DNA of 64,000 bases from Myxococcota bacterium. Lineage in GTDB: Bacteria; Myxococcota_A; UBA9160; UBA4427. Every line of letters starts with the position of its first letter. Position 1 is the first letter of the stretch. The stretch lies in contig JAPKBZ010000007.1 of assembly GCA_028823175.1 (NCBI GenBank), forward strand, positions 8,496-72,495, written 5' to 3'. The translations under genes were made by a program, and so were the position numbers. Shown piece after piece: positions 17,375 to 25,410 of the stretch. The notes below the pieces were generated by a model, which searched no databases, was not told the DNA's origin, and was given only the letters and a program-made list of their open reading frames with translations.

Positions 17375-19162
17375 CTAGAGTTTCCGGGTGCGCTCCAGAA
17401 CGTCCGTCAGCTTGCGGGTCAATGTCCCGGTTTCGCGATCGCCCAGCGAGAGAATTTCCTGGAGTCCAACGGCGACTTGAGGGATGTATTTCTCGATGTA
17501 GGCCGCCTTCTTGGCCTCTTCGGCGACGCGTTTCTGTTTGCGGAGATAGCTCGTCATCTTGCGTCCGCACTCCTGGAGGGCAAAGCGGAACTCCTTGATG
17601 ATTTCCGGGTATTGGGCGACGGCATCCTTGCTTTCCGACGTAAAGGGCACCCAGACGCTTGCGATGTGCACCATGACCAGGAGTGGGCCGACGGGAAGGG
17701 CACCTTTGGGGTGTTGCACGAGGTAGGACTTCCAATTCGTCGCCGAGACAGCCCGGGTGATCGCACAGGCGCCTTGCTGGTATTGCAGGGGGACGCGGTT
17801 CGCGTAGCGGTAGAGCAGCGCGCTGTCGTCGCTATGCATCTCTCCACCGTACGCGAGGCCGACTTCGACCAGAAAGGGATTGCCCCGATAGACGGTGGGG
17901 CGGCGCGTGACGGCGGAGTAGAAATCTGCCTTGACCTCGGCTTTGAGTGCGGCGAGGATGAGATCTTCACCAATGGGGGCGATGCAATCCGTTGGCGGGC
18001 TCATGATCCGGGTCTGCTTGATGGCCTTGTAGACGGCGTCGGCCTCTTCCCGGCGCATGTCGCCTGGTCGGCGCTTGGGAGAAAGGCCCGCCCTCTCACA
18101 AATTTCGGCGGCCACCCGTGGCGAGACACGTGAGAAATCGTTGCGCAGGCAGCTGGCGAGATTGCGCGACCCGGTGTCTCGGAACATCTGCATCAACACC
18201 CCCAACTCGATTCCGTAGGGATGAGGCTGGATCTCGTCGGTATGCGCGGGAAGCTTTTTGGTCACCCGGGGAAAGACGTGCTCCGCGCCGTGTTCCTCGG
18301 CCGCCGGGGGGACGTAGGTGATCTGGGCATGGGGGTTTGCCAGCGAGATCTGGCGGATGTAGTTGTCCACCGAGTGCTGCCCACCCCGGTAATGACCTTC
18401 GAGTTCGATCTCGACCCGGGTGCCGTGATGCTTGGGCCACTTGACGACTACGTCCCGCTTAACCTGGGGCTTGTTCTTTTGGGTGTCGATAACGAGCTCA
18501 AACTCATGCGCCTGTTTTCGTTTCCCCGTTTTCGTCAGAATCTTGACCGGCTTGCCGGTGGTCAGCAGGCCGTACATGCCCGCTGCACTGATGCCAATCC
18601 CCTGTTGCCCACGGCTTTGGCGCAGGCGATGAAATTTGGAACCGTAGAGGAGTCGACCGAAAATTTTGGGTACCTGTTCGCGCACGATGCCCGGCCCGTT
18701 GTCCTCGAGAGCGACCCGGAAACGCGATTCGGCGAGTTGCTTGATCTCGATCCGGATTTCGGGGACGACTCCCGCCTCTTCGCAGGCGTCCAGGGCATTG
18801 TCCACCCCCTCCTTCACCGTGGTCAGGAGGGCCTTGGAGGGGTTATCGAAACCCAGGAGATGGCGGTTTTTGGCGAAGAATTCGGAAACCGAGATGTCCC
18901 GCTGCTTCTCGGCCATTTCGTCGGCAGTGCTCGAGGGACGCCTCTTCTTGGCCCCCGCCCCCTTCCTCGCGGCCTTCTTCTTGGGGGCAGTCTTCTTTTT
19001 AGGGGCAGCCTTCTTCTTGCGCGCCGCCTTCTTTTTTCCCGCGGCTTTCTTTTTTCCCGCCGCCTTCTTTTTCCTCGCGGCCTTCTTGCGGGCGCCCGCC
19101 TTTTTCTTCTTGGCTCCTGTTTTCTTCCTCGCGACGGATTTCTTTTTTTTCGGCTTTGCCAT
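17375..19162 (-). CDS. top6B: DNA topoisomerase VI subunit B (GHKL ATPase) with a Lys/Ala-rich N-terminal tail
   Basis: VSEFFAKNRHLLGFDNP, Bergerat N-box EGVDNALDA, G1 DNGPGI and G2 GQQGIGISAAG. About 520 aa excluding the tail, matching archaeal Topo VI-B size. Confidence 0.85.
   Translation of the reverse strand: MAKPKKKKSVARKKTGAKKKKAGARKKAARKKKAAGKKKAAGKKKAARKKKAAPKKKTAPKKKAARKGAGAKKRRPSSTADEMAEKQRDISVSEFFAKNRHLLGFDNPSKALLTTVKEGVDNALDACEEAGVVPEIRIEIKQLAESRFRVALEDNGPGIVREQVPKIFGRLLYGSKFHRLRQSRGQQGIGISAAGMYGLLTTGKPVKILTKTGKRKQAHEFELVIDTQKNKPQVKRDVVVKWPKHHGTRVEIELEGHYRGGQHSVDNYIRQISLANPHAQITYVPPAAEEHGAEHVFPRVTKKLPAHTDEIQPHPYGIELGVLMQMFRDTGSRNLASCLRNDFSRVSPRVAAEICERAGLSPKRRPGDMRREEADAVYKAIKQTRIMSPPTDCIAPIGEDLILAALKAEVKADFYSAVTRRPTVYRGNPFLVEVGLAYGGEMHSDDSALLYRYANRVPLQYQQGACAITRAVSATNWKSYLVQHPKGALPVGPLLVMVHIASVWVPFTSESKDAVAQYPEIIKEFRFALQECGRKMTSYLRKQKRVAEEAKKAAYIEKYIPQVAVGLQEILSLGDRETGTLTRKLTDVLERTRKL
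18938..19162 (-). repeat. Low-complexity imperfect tandem repeats encoding the K/A tail of Topo VI-B
   Basis: Encodes MAKPKKKKSVARKKTGAKKKKAGARKKAARKKKAAGKKKAAGKKKAARKKKAAPKKKTAPKKKAARKGAGAKKRR, i.e. AAGKKK/AARKKK units. Confidence 0.8.
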
Positions 19163-19310
19163 GACCGCTGCCCTTCGAGTAGCGACAGACGGACTGGCCT
19201 TGCCGCCTGGGGATCATGCCCGGTCGTGCAAGGCGGTCAAGGTGCCGCGCCATTTCGGCGCTCGGAGCGAGCCCACTGGCCTCCGAATTCGGTCATGGAG
19301 CCCGAGGGAT

Positions 19311-19604
19311 TCAGCAGTAGACGTGGGATTGGGTCGGATGGGGGCCGGGCACTTGGGAGAGCTTGATTCGGCCGGATTCGAGCATATGCGCCAGGGTGGC
19401 GAGGACTTCCTCGTCGGAATCCGCGACATCGGCAATCGCCTCGAGGACCTCGATGAAGGTGCAGTCGATCGCGTGGGCTGGGGCGTCCACGGGCGGTGCG
19501 ATCTGGGGCAGATCGCGGCGCTCCGCCACATCGGCGGCGAGGGCCGTGGGCCGAACGCTCGAGCGGTGGAGTCTTGCTGAGGACGAATGGGAAAGGCTTG
19601 TCAT
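19311..19604 (-). CDS. Small acidic hypothetical protein (97 aa) upstream of top6B
   Basis: ATG 19604 is preceded by an AGGGAG RBS. Sequence MTSLSHSSSARLHRSS...IEVLEAIADVADSDEEVLATLAHMLESGRIKL.. The longer ORF to 19820 crosses the AT-rich promoter region and is unlikely. Confidence 0.45.
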   Translation of the reverse strand: MTSLSHSSSARLHRSSVRPTALAADVAERRDLPQIAPPVDAPAHAIDCTFIEVLEAIADVADSDEEVLATLAHMLESGRIKLSQVPGPHPTQSHVYC

Positions 19605-19639
19605 GATCTTGCTCCCTTGGGTTTGCAGTATTCCCGGGA

Positions 19640-19740
19640 TTCGCCGGTGCGTTCCCGTCGGGTGTATATCAGTGCACATTTCATGCCTGAAAGTTTCGAA
19701 GAACTGAAGAAGAATAAATTCCTTTAAAATCAAATGATTA
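19640..19740 (-). promoter_or_regulatory. AT-rich putative promoter region for the small ORF / top6BA transcription unit
   Basis: The only markedly AT-rich stretch for several kb (…tttcgaagaactgaagaagaataaattcctttaaaatcaaatgatta…). It lies between the comM stop and the small ORF. I cannot assign exact -35/-10 boxes. Confidence 0.3.
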
Positions 19741-19831
19741 CGCCTCCCCCGGGCGGTGGATGGCTCTGGCCCTCGGAGCCGAGTGGTCGTAGGGGACCGC
19801 GAGGGCTGCAATTCGACCACATCCGGTCGGG

Positions 19832-21343
19832 CTAATCCTCTGGGCGCCCGCCCGCCTCCTCACGGAAACCCAGGGCCTCGGCCAGCGCGGATTCGTCGAC
19901 TCCCTCGGCTCCGCCGAGATCCGCCACGGTGCGGGCCACCCGTTGTACTCGTCGAATGGCCCGAGCGGACAGGCAGAACTGGTCGACGGCGCGGGCGAGC
20001 AGGGCTTGGGCGCCATCGGTCACGGCGAGTTCGGCTTCGAGCTGGCGATCGTCGAGGTTGGCGTTGCAGGCCCCCGCCCTCTCCTGCTGTTTCTGCCGAG
20101 CCCGCTGGATGCGGGCTCGGACCCGGGCACTGTTGGGCCCCCGGACCGCTTCGCCGAGTTGGTGCCAGTTTTGCCCCGGAACGCGGACATGGAGGTCGAT
20201 CCGGTCGAGCAGGGGGCCCGATAGGCGTTCCCGGTATCGCTGAATCGCGCGTCCATCGCACCGGCAGGGTCGCTGTTGACTGCCCCACCAGCCGCAGGGG
20301 CAAGGGTTGGCAGTCGCCACGAACATGAAATCTGCGGGCAGGCGACAGGTGTAGTGGGCGCGAGCGATGACGATACTGCGGTCTTCCAGGACCTGGCGAA
20401 GGGCCTCTCGGGCGCGTCGCTCGAACTCGGGCAACTCGTCGAGAAAGAGAACGCCGCCGTGGGCCAGGGAAACCTCGCCGGGGGTCGGTGGGGTTCCACC
20501 GCCCAGAAGTCCGGCCAAGCTGGCCGTGTGGTGGGGGGACCGAAAAGGGCGCGAGCGAAGCGCGGTCTGGTTCTCGGACAGCAGGCCCGCTGCGTCGTGG
20601 ATGATCGTGGCCGTGAGCGCCTCCTCTTCATTGAGGGGCGGTAGGATTCCGGGCAGCCTTCGAGCCAGCATGGTTTTACCGCAGCCGGGGGGGCCGCTCA
20701 GAAGAAGCCCGTGTCCTCCGGCTGCGGCGATCTCCAGGGCACGCTTCGCCCCCTCCTGACCCTTCACGTCGCTGATGCAGAGTTCCTCGGGTTCGCTTGC
20801 GCTGGGGTCGAAATCCGATCCCTGATCGAGGGCTCGTTCGCCGCGGAGGTGGGCCAGGACCTGGGCGAGGGTTTCCGCGACGTAGACCTCGAGGCCGGGG
20901 ATGCGCGCCGCGGCTCGGCCGCCGCGCGCGGGCGCGATCAGTCCGTGGCAGCCCGCGTCCCGGGCGGCAACGCTCATCGCCAACTCTCCGCGGACTCCGC
21001 GAAGCCGTCCATCCAGAGCCAACTCGCCGACAAAAGCCAGCCCCTGGGTGGCTTCGCTATCGATCGCGCCCGTCGCGACCAGAATGCCCACGGCGATCGC
21101 CAGGTCGAGACCCGAACCGCTCTTGCGCAGGCCCGCCGGCGCCAGGTTGACCGTGACCCGATTGTCCGGGAAGCGTTCGCCCACCGAGGCAATCGCCGCC
21201 CGAACCCGAGCGGCGCTCTCGCGCACCGAAAGTTCGGGGAGGCCGACGATGTCGACCCGCGGGAGCTGGGCGCTCACGCGCACTTCGACTTCCACCGGGA
21301 TTCCATCGACCCCGAGTAAGGCAGTTCCGAGAACCCGTACCAA
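19832..21343 (-). CDS. comM: YifB/ComM family Mg-chelatase-like ATPase
   Basis: Lon-protease-like N-domain (GIPVEVEVRVS..GLPRVDIVGLP), Walker A GPPGCGKT, LFLDELPEF and a C-terminal ChlI-like region. Confidence 0.9.
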   Translation of the reverse strand: MVRVLGTALLGVDGIPVEVEVRVSAQLPRVDIVGLPELSVRESAARVRAAIASVGERFPDNRVTVNLAPAGLRKSGSGLDLAIAVGILVATGAIDSEATQGLAFVGELALDGRLRGVRGELAMSVAARDAGCHGLIAPARGGRAAARIPGLEVYVAETLAQVLAHLRGERALDQGSDFDPSASEPEELCISDVKGQEGAKRALEIAAAGGHGLLLSGPPGCGKTMLARRLPGILPPLNEEEALTATIIHDAAGLLSENQTALRSRPFRSPHHTASLAGLLGGGTPPTPGEVSLAHGGVLFLDELPEFERRAREALRQVLEDRSIVIARAHYTCRLPADFMFVATANPCPCGWWGSQQRPCRCDGRAIQRYRERLSGPLLDRIDLHVRVPGQNWHQLGEAVRGPNSARVRARIQRARQKQQERAGACNANLDDRQLEAELAVTDGAQALLARAVDQFCLSARAIRRVQRVARTVADLGGAEGVDESALAEALGFREEAGGRPED

Positions 21344-21718
21344 GGCCCCGTCCTCCGCGGGACCGCAGAAAATGGCGTGATCGTCCCCGAGTCGTCGTGG
21401 CTGGAGCGCGGGCGGGGGCCCAAGATATTGGAGGCAGGTCCCCAGGGAAGGGTTCCTGCCCCCAACTCTTGAAAAGTCCCGCGAGGAGCGGGCCTGTCAG
21501 AAAGTAAGTAGGAGTTGCCGCTGAAATGTGGCAAATTTTCTTTTCGCTTGCCGAAATCCTGCGGGGATTTCGCTGGCTCCGGGGTCGCCCGGGGGTGCTC
21601 TCGGGTTCAGGGCGCCCCGCCCTTCGGCCCGTCGAGATTTCAGAATCTTTTCGTCGGACTGGGAAAGCGAGCCCAGGCCCAAGTGCGGGGGCCCTGGCTT
21701 GGCCTAGAGTTGCGCTCG

Positions 21719-22879
21719 ATGGAGCTGTGGAGGGCGGTGGATAAACCGGCGGCTGTGGCCAGCCGGGGAAAGTCGGGTGCTGGGCGGGGGTGGATTTCGG
21801 GTCCGCTCTTCGCCCTGCCCCTCGCCTTGCCGTTCTCAGTCTTGCTGCTCTCGCTTTGGGCCTGTGGCTCGGCCCAGGGGCCCGCTGGCCCGCCTTCGAT
21901 CGTGCCGCCCTCGTCGGAGTTCGAAAGTCCCGAGGGCGCTTTCTCGGGCCAGGCCGCCCGGAGAGACCTTGAGAGCCTGCTCGGCCTGGGCGCCCGCGGC
22001 CCGGGGTCGCCCAGCGCTGTCCAGGCCGCGAGTTGGCTCGAGGAGAAGCTCTCCGGCCTGGGGGCACAGGTCGAGCGTTGGAGCGCGAAGCCGCCGGCCG
22101 AGGCCTCTCCCGGGTCCGTTGGCGCCGTGGTGGGAGTCCTGCGGGGCGAAAGCCCGGACCCGATCCTTTTGTTGGCGCGCTACGACACGCTGCCCGGCGA
22201 GCGGGACGGCGGCGGTCCCCGGGCGGCGGCGGCTGCGGCGGCCCCGGCGTTGGTCCTTGAATTGGGGCGGGTGCTGGCTGCGAGCCCCAAGCCCTACACG
22301 GTCTGGCTGGTCTTCATTGCGGGCGACGGGGCTGCGGACGTGGCCCCCGATGCACCGAACGAACTCGCCCGGCGCTTTCCCGGAAGTGCGGCCGTAGCCG
22401 GGGAGCTTGAGGCGCGGGGAGCGTTGGAGCGATCCCGTCTGGCGATTTTCGTTGGCCCCCTGCCCGGCCCATCGAGCACCATCCAGCGCGATCTACGCTC
22501 CCACCGCTTCTCGCGCGAAGTTCTCTGGCAAAGTGCCGAGAGCCTCGAGGCCACGGCCATCTTTCCTGGGCGCGCCGGCTACGACTCTCCGGAGTCCGGG
22601 CACCTGCTGCTGCTCGAGCGGGGGCTGCGTTCAACGGTCGGCCTGGCGGGCGCCGCCGATCCGGTCGGGGTTCCGAGCGCCGCCTTTCTGACCCAGCTCG
22701 GTCGGGTCACCATCGAGGCCATCGGGCGCATCGAGGGTCGACTCCAACGCATTGACGCGTTCTCGAAGGGGCCGGTAGGTGAAGCGTGGGCCCCCGAGCC
22801 CCCGCTCGCTTGGCCCACGGCCGCTCCACTCGCCCCGGACGGTTCATCCACCCCGCTCTGGCCTTCCGGGCCGCAATGA
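21719..22879 (+). CDS. Lipoprotein with a degenerate M28-peptidase-like fold (metal ligands apparently missing)
   Basis: ATG 21719 gives LLLSLWAC (lipobox). The layout resembles M28 (…VVGVLRGESPDPILLLARYDTLPGE…LELGRVL…VWLVFIAGDG…), but the usual His/Asp/Glu-Glu positions read R, G and GD. This call is from memory of the family pattern only. Confidence 0.5.
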   Translation: MELWRAVDKPAAVASRGKSGAGRGWISGPLFALPLALPFSVLLLSLWACGSAQGPAGPPSIVPPSSEFESPEGAFSGQAARRDLESLLGLGARGPGSPSAVQAASWLEEKLSGLGAQVERWSAKPPAEASPGSVGAVVGVLRGESPDPILLLARYDTLPGERDGGGPRAAAAAAAPALVLELGRVLAASPKPYTVWLVFIAGDGAADVAPDAPNELARRFPGSAAVAGELEARGALERSRLAIFVGPLPGPSSTIQRDLRSHRFSREVLWQSAESLEATAIFPGRAGYDSPESGHLLLLERGLRSTVGLAGAADPVGVPSAAFLTQLGRVTIEAIGRIEGRLQRIDAFSKGPVGEAWAPEPPLAWPTAAPLAPDGSSTPLWPSGPQ

Positions 22880-24207
22880 GGAGCCCCTTCATGGCGAGCT
22901 TGGGAGGAGCTCTCGCGGCCCTTGCTGGGCTGATCCTGGCTCCGCCGTCCGCACGGGCTGAAGCCCCGACGCTTGAGCCGGCGGAGGTGCGCCTCGAGAT
23001 CACCGCTCCCCGCCCGGGTGAGGTCGTTCGAAATCGCGTGACCATGGCGGCGGTTCGCGGCCGGGCGTTCTCGGGCAGCGGTGAGCGCGTCGACTTCGAC
23101 GTCATGGTGGTCATCGATATTTCGCATTCCACTCGCTATCCGAGCGGCATCGACGTCGACGGTGACGGCGAGGTGGGGATGAACCCGAAACAGGAACTCG
23201 TGCTGCCGGGGGCGTACCCCGAGGACATGGTGTGCAGCGACGCCGAGGACACGATACTGGCGGCCGAGGTTCTGGCGGCCCGGCAGCTGCTGGGGATCCT
23301 TGATTCTGAGCGGACCCGGGTCGGGATTATCAGCTTCTCGGGCGAGGTCGACCCCGAAAGCGGCGAACGCTTGAGCGCTCAGCAGCGCGACGCGGTGGTT
23401 CGGGTGCCCCTGACCCGGGATTTTGCCCGGATCGAAGCGGCCCTGGTCGAGATTCTCGAGCAGGGGCCGGGTGGAGCCACGAATTTCGCCGCGGCGATTC
23501 AGCTCTCAGTGGTCGAATTGGCTGGCCTTTCCGGAGCGCGGAGTGAGCCACGGCGGGGGTCGCGGAAGGTGGTGGCTTTCCTGACCGACGGCGTCCCGAC
23601 CTTCCCCTTCGGCAAGGCCTCCGAGTCCGACCCCGAGGATGTCGAGGCGGCCATCGCGGCGGCCCGGCTGGCGCGAAAAGCGGGGATTGAGGTGAACGGT
23701 TTTGCCCTGGGCCAAGGTGCCCTGGGCGCCCCCCTCGCGCTCTCGGAACTCTGCCGGATAAGCCGCGGGCGCTTTACGCCGGTCCGTAACCCCGGCGATA
23801 TCGTTGCCCTGCTTCAGGGCATTTCGTTTGCGGGCATCGAGGACGTCATCGTGACCAACCTGGACAGCGGCGAAATTTCGTATGACGTCGAGCTTGCCCC
23901 GGACGGAAGCTTCCTCGCCTTTATTCCCGTGCGCGAGGGTTCCAACCGGGTGGAAGTCGCGGCCTTGGGCGACGACGGGGGTGAGCAGCGCCTGCGTTTC
24001 GAGCTTGAGTTTGAGAAATCGGGACTCACCGCGCGTGAACTCGAGATCGAACTCGAGCGCGTGAAACGGCGCAACCGTTACCTCATGCGCCTGATCGAGA
24101 AGGAGCGCATCGAGGCCTTTCGGGAGCGCCAGCGCAGGCGTGTCCGAGTGGGGGTCGACGGGTCCGGCGCGGATGGGGCCGAGGGGTCGGAGCAGGGGGC
24201 CGAGTAA
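22876..24207 (+). CDS. Secreted von Willebrand factor A (VWA) domain protein with a C-terminal coiled-coil/charged region
   Basis: ATGA overlap with the upstream stop (22876-22879). Signal peptide LAALAGLILAPPSARA. MIDAS residues DISHS, GGATNF and FLTDG. Confidence 0.8.
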   Translation: MRSPFMASLGGALAALAGLILAPPSARAEAPTLEPAEVRLEITAPRPGEVVRNRVTMAAVRGRAFSGSGERVDFDVMVVIDISHSTRYPSGIDVDGDGEVGMNPKQELVLPGAYPEDMVCSDAEDTILAAEVLAARQLLGILDSERTRVGIISFSGEVDPESGERLSAQQRDAVVRVPLTRDFARIEAALVEILEQGPGGATNFAAAIQLSVVELAGLSGARSEPRRGSRKVVAFLTDGVPTFPFGKASESDPEDVEAAIAAARLARKAGIEVNGFALGQGALGAPLALSELCRISRGRFTPVRNPGDIVALLQGISFAGIEDVIVTNLDSGEISYDVELAPDGSFLAFIPVREGSNRVEVAALGDDGGEQRLRFELEFEKSGLTARELEIELERVKRRNRYLMRLIEKERIEAFRERQRRRVRVGVDGSGADGAEGSEQGAE

Positions 24208-24231
24208 CGCGTTCGCCCGGAGGCCGAAGCC

Positions 24232-25401
24232 TCAGAGGGGGACCCGCTCGGCATCCGCGATCTGTCGCCGGCTCAGCCGCCCCTGGACGTAGAACGAGAC
24301 GACATCGACTTGGCCATCTCCGTCGATATCGTGCTCTCGGCGCACCAGAAGCGTTTTCCCGCCCTGTTTTGCAAAGTATTCGAACGTGTCCGCATATCCA
24401 CGACCGGCTTGGTCGTGTTCGATCTGGACTATTTCTTCGCCTTCCTCGCCGCTCGAATCCCGGGCGTAGCGGGTCCAGAGATCCATTCGTCCGTCCCTGT
24501 CGACGTCCTCTTCCGCGCGAACCCGCTGGCGCTTGGCGTAGTGGATGACGAGGTCGACCACCCCGTCGTTGTTGGCGTCGTGGCTTTCCTCGGCAAGGGA
24601 ATCGCCGCGATAGCGGTAGAAGACATCGCGCACACCGTCATCGTCCCGGTCGAGTTCCCGCACCACAAGGACCCCGTCCCGGTAGCTTTCGAAGACGTCG
24701 GGGTTGCCGTCGTCGTTCTCGTCGAGCACCCGGCTGGCGAGGGACTGGTCGCGGTACATCGTCCAGGCATCGAGTACCCCGTCGTAGTTGCGGTCGGCCT
24801 CTTCGCGCAGGAGCTCCCGGGTGACGGCGTCGAGGAAACGGATCAACTCGGGCTTCGAGTCCCCATCCGCATCGAGTTCTAAGCGGAGGACGCGAATGGG
24901 TTCGGGGTTCTGCCAGGTCTCTCGGGGTACGACTTCGCGCGATGAATCGAAGATATCCGGCGGGAGGTCACGCAATCCGGGGGCGGCGGCCGCGACCCTG
25001 GGATCGTGATCCCAACCCTCGACATCGAGGGGAAGCGGGGCCGCTGCTCCGGCGCCGGACCCCTCCCGGATTCCCGGCTGCCGGTGCTCCCGGGCGAGTT
25101 CACCCTGCAGCGCTCGGGCTTCGGTGAGAGCTCTCTCGAGTTCTCTGGCCTCGTCGCGTTGCTTCGCGCGCTCCCCCGCGAGCGCGGCTTCCTGGCGGGC
25201 ATCCCGGCGCGCCCGATCCTCGGCTTCCCGGGCCCTGAGGGCGTCTCGGAGCGAGCGGTCGGAGCGAGCCGCGGCTTCGGCTTCTTCGGCAAGAGAGGCG
25301 CCGGCCTCTTGGTCCGCGGGCGCCCTCTCCTGACCGGCCGCGATTCCTGTCAGGGCGATGAGGCAGAGGCCGACTCGGAACGCGAGCTCACATCTGATCA
25401 T
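24232..25401 (-). CDS. Secreted protein with an N-terminal charged coiled-coil and about 8 tandem DxDxDG calcium-binding-loop repeats
   Basis: Signal peptide MIRCELAFRVGLCLIALTGIAAG. Repeats DADGDSKPE, DRNYDGVLD, DENDDGNPD, DRDDDGVRD, DANNDGVVD, DVDRDGRMD and DIDGDGQVD are spaced about 24-30 aa apart. Confidence 0.65.
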   Translation of the reverse strand: MIRCELAFRVGLCLIALTGIAAGQERAPADQEAGASLAEEAEAAARSDRSLRDALRAREAEDRARRDARQEAALAGERAKQRDEARELERALTEARALQGELAREHRQPGIREGSGAGAAAPLPLDVEGWDHDPRVAAAAPGLRDLPPDIFDSSREVVPRETWQNPEPIRVLRLELDADGDSKPELIRFLDAVTRELLREEADRNYDGVLDAWTMYRDQSLASRVLDENDDGNPDVFESYRDGVLVVRELDRDDDGVRDVFYRYRGDSLAEESHDANNDGVVDLVIHYAKRQRVRAEEDVDRDGRMDLWTRYARDSSGEEGEEIVQIEHDQAGRGYADTFEYFAKQGGKTLLVRREHDIDGDGQVDVVSFYVQGRLSRRQIADAERVPL

Positions 25402-25410
25402 CTCTTCCCT

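Noticed and set aside
17355-17735. Upstream extension of the Topo VI-A ORF (the 566-aa version starting at 17735)
   Set aside because: It would overlap top6B by 360 nt and has an R/P/G shadow-like composition. ATG 17354 has a good RBS and sits 20 nt after the top6B stop.
16035-19162. Interpreting the GHKL and Toprim pair as a defence module (Wadjet JetD, OLD/PARIS-like, MORC-type)
   Set aside because: Both proteins have full-length Topo VI architecture and motifs, including the 5Y-CAP tyrosine and the size of a transducer-domain-containing B subunit. No SMC/kleisin or other defence partners are adjacent. This still needs HMM confirmation.
17002-19580. Plus-strand ORFs opposite the Topo VI genes (17002-17598, 17279-18133, 18221-19366, 18666-19580) with AAFFL-type repeats
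   Set aside because: They are the antisense reading of the Lys/Ala tail repeats (AAG/GCC read as CTT/GGC) and of the Topo VI cores. The minus-strand frames carry the catalytic motifs.
21057-22067. Long Arg/Pro/Gly-rich ORFs such as 21057-22067(-), 29403-30341(-), 8986-9456(-), 54201-55316(+) and 52518-53648(+)
   Set aside because: These are typical shadow ORFs of GC-rich DNA. They lie antisense to, or out of frame with, genes that have clear family motifs. Their composition is dominated by R/P/G/A and no motifs are present.
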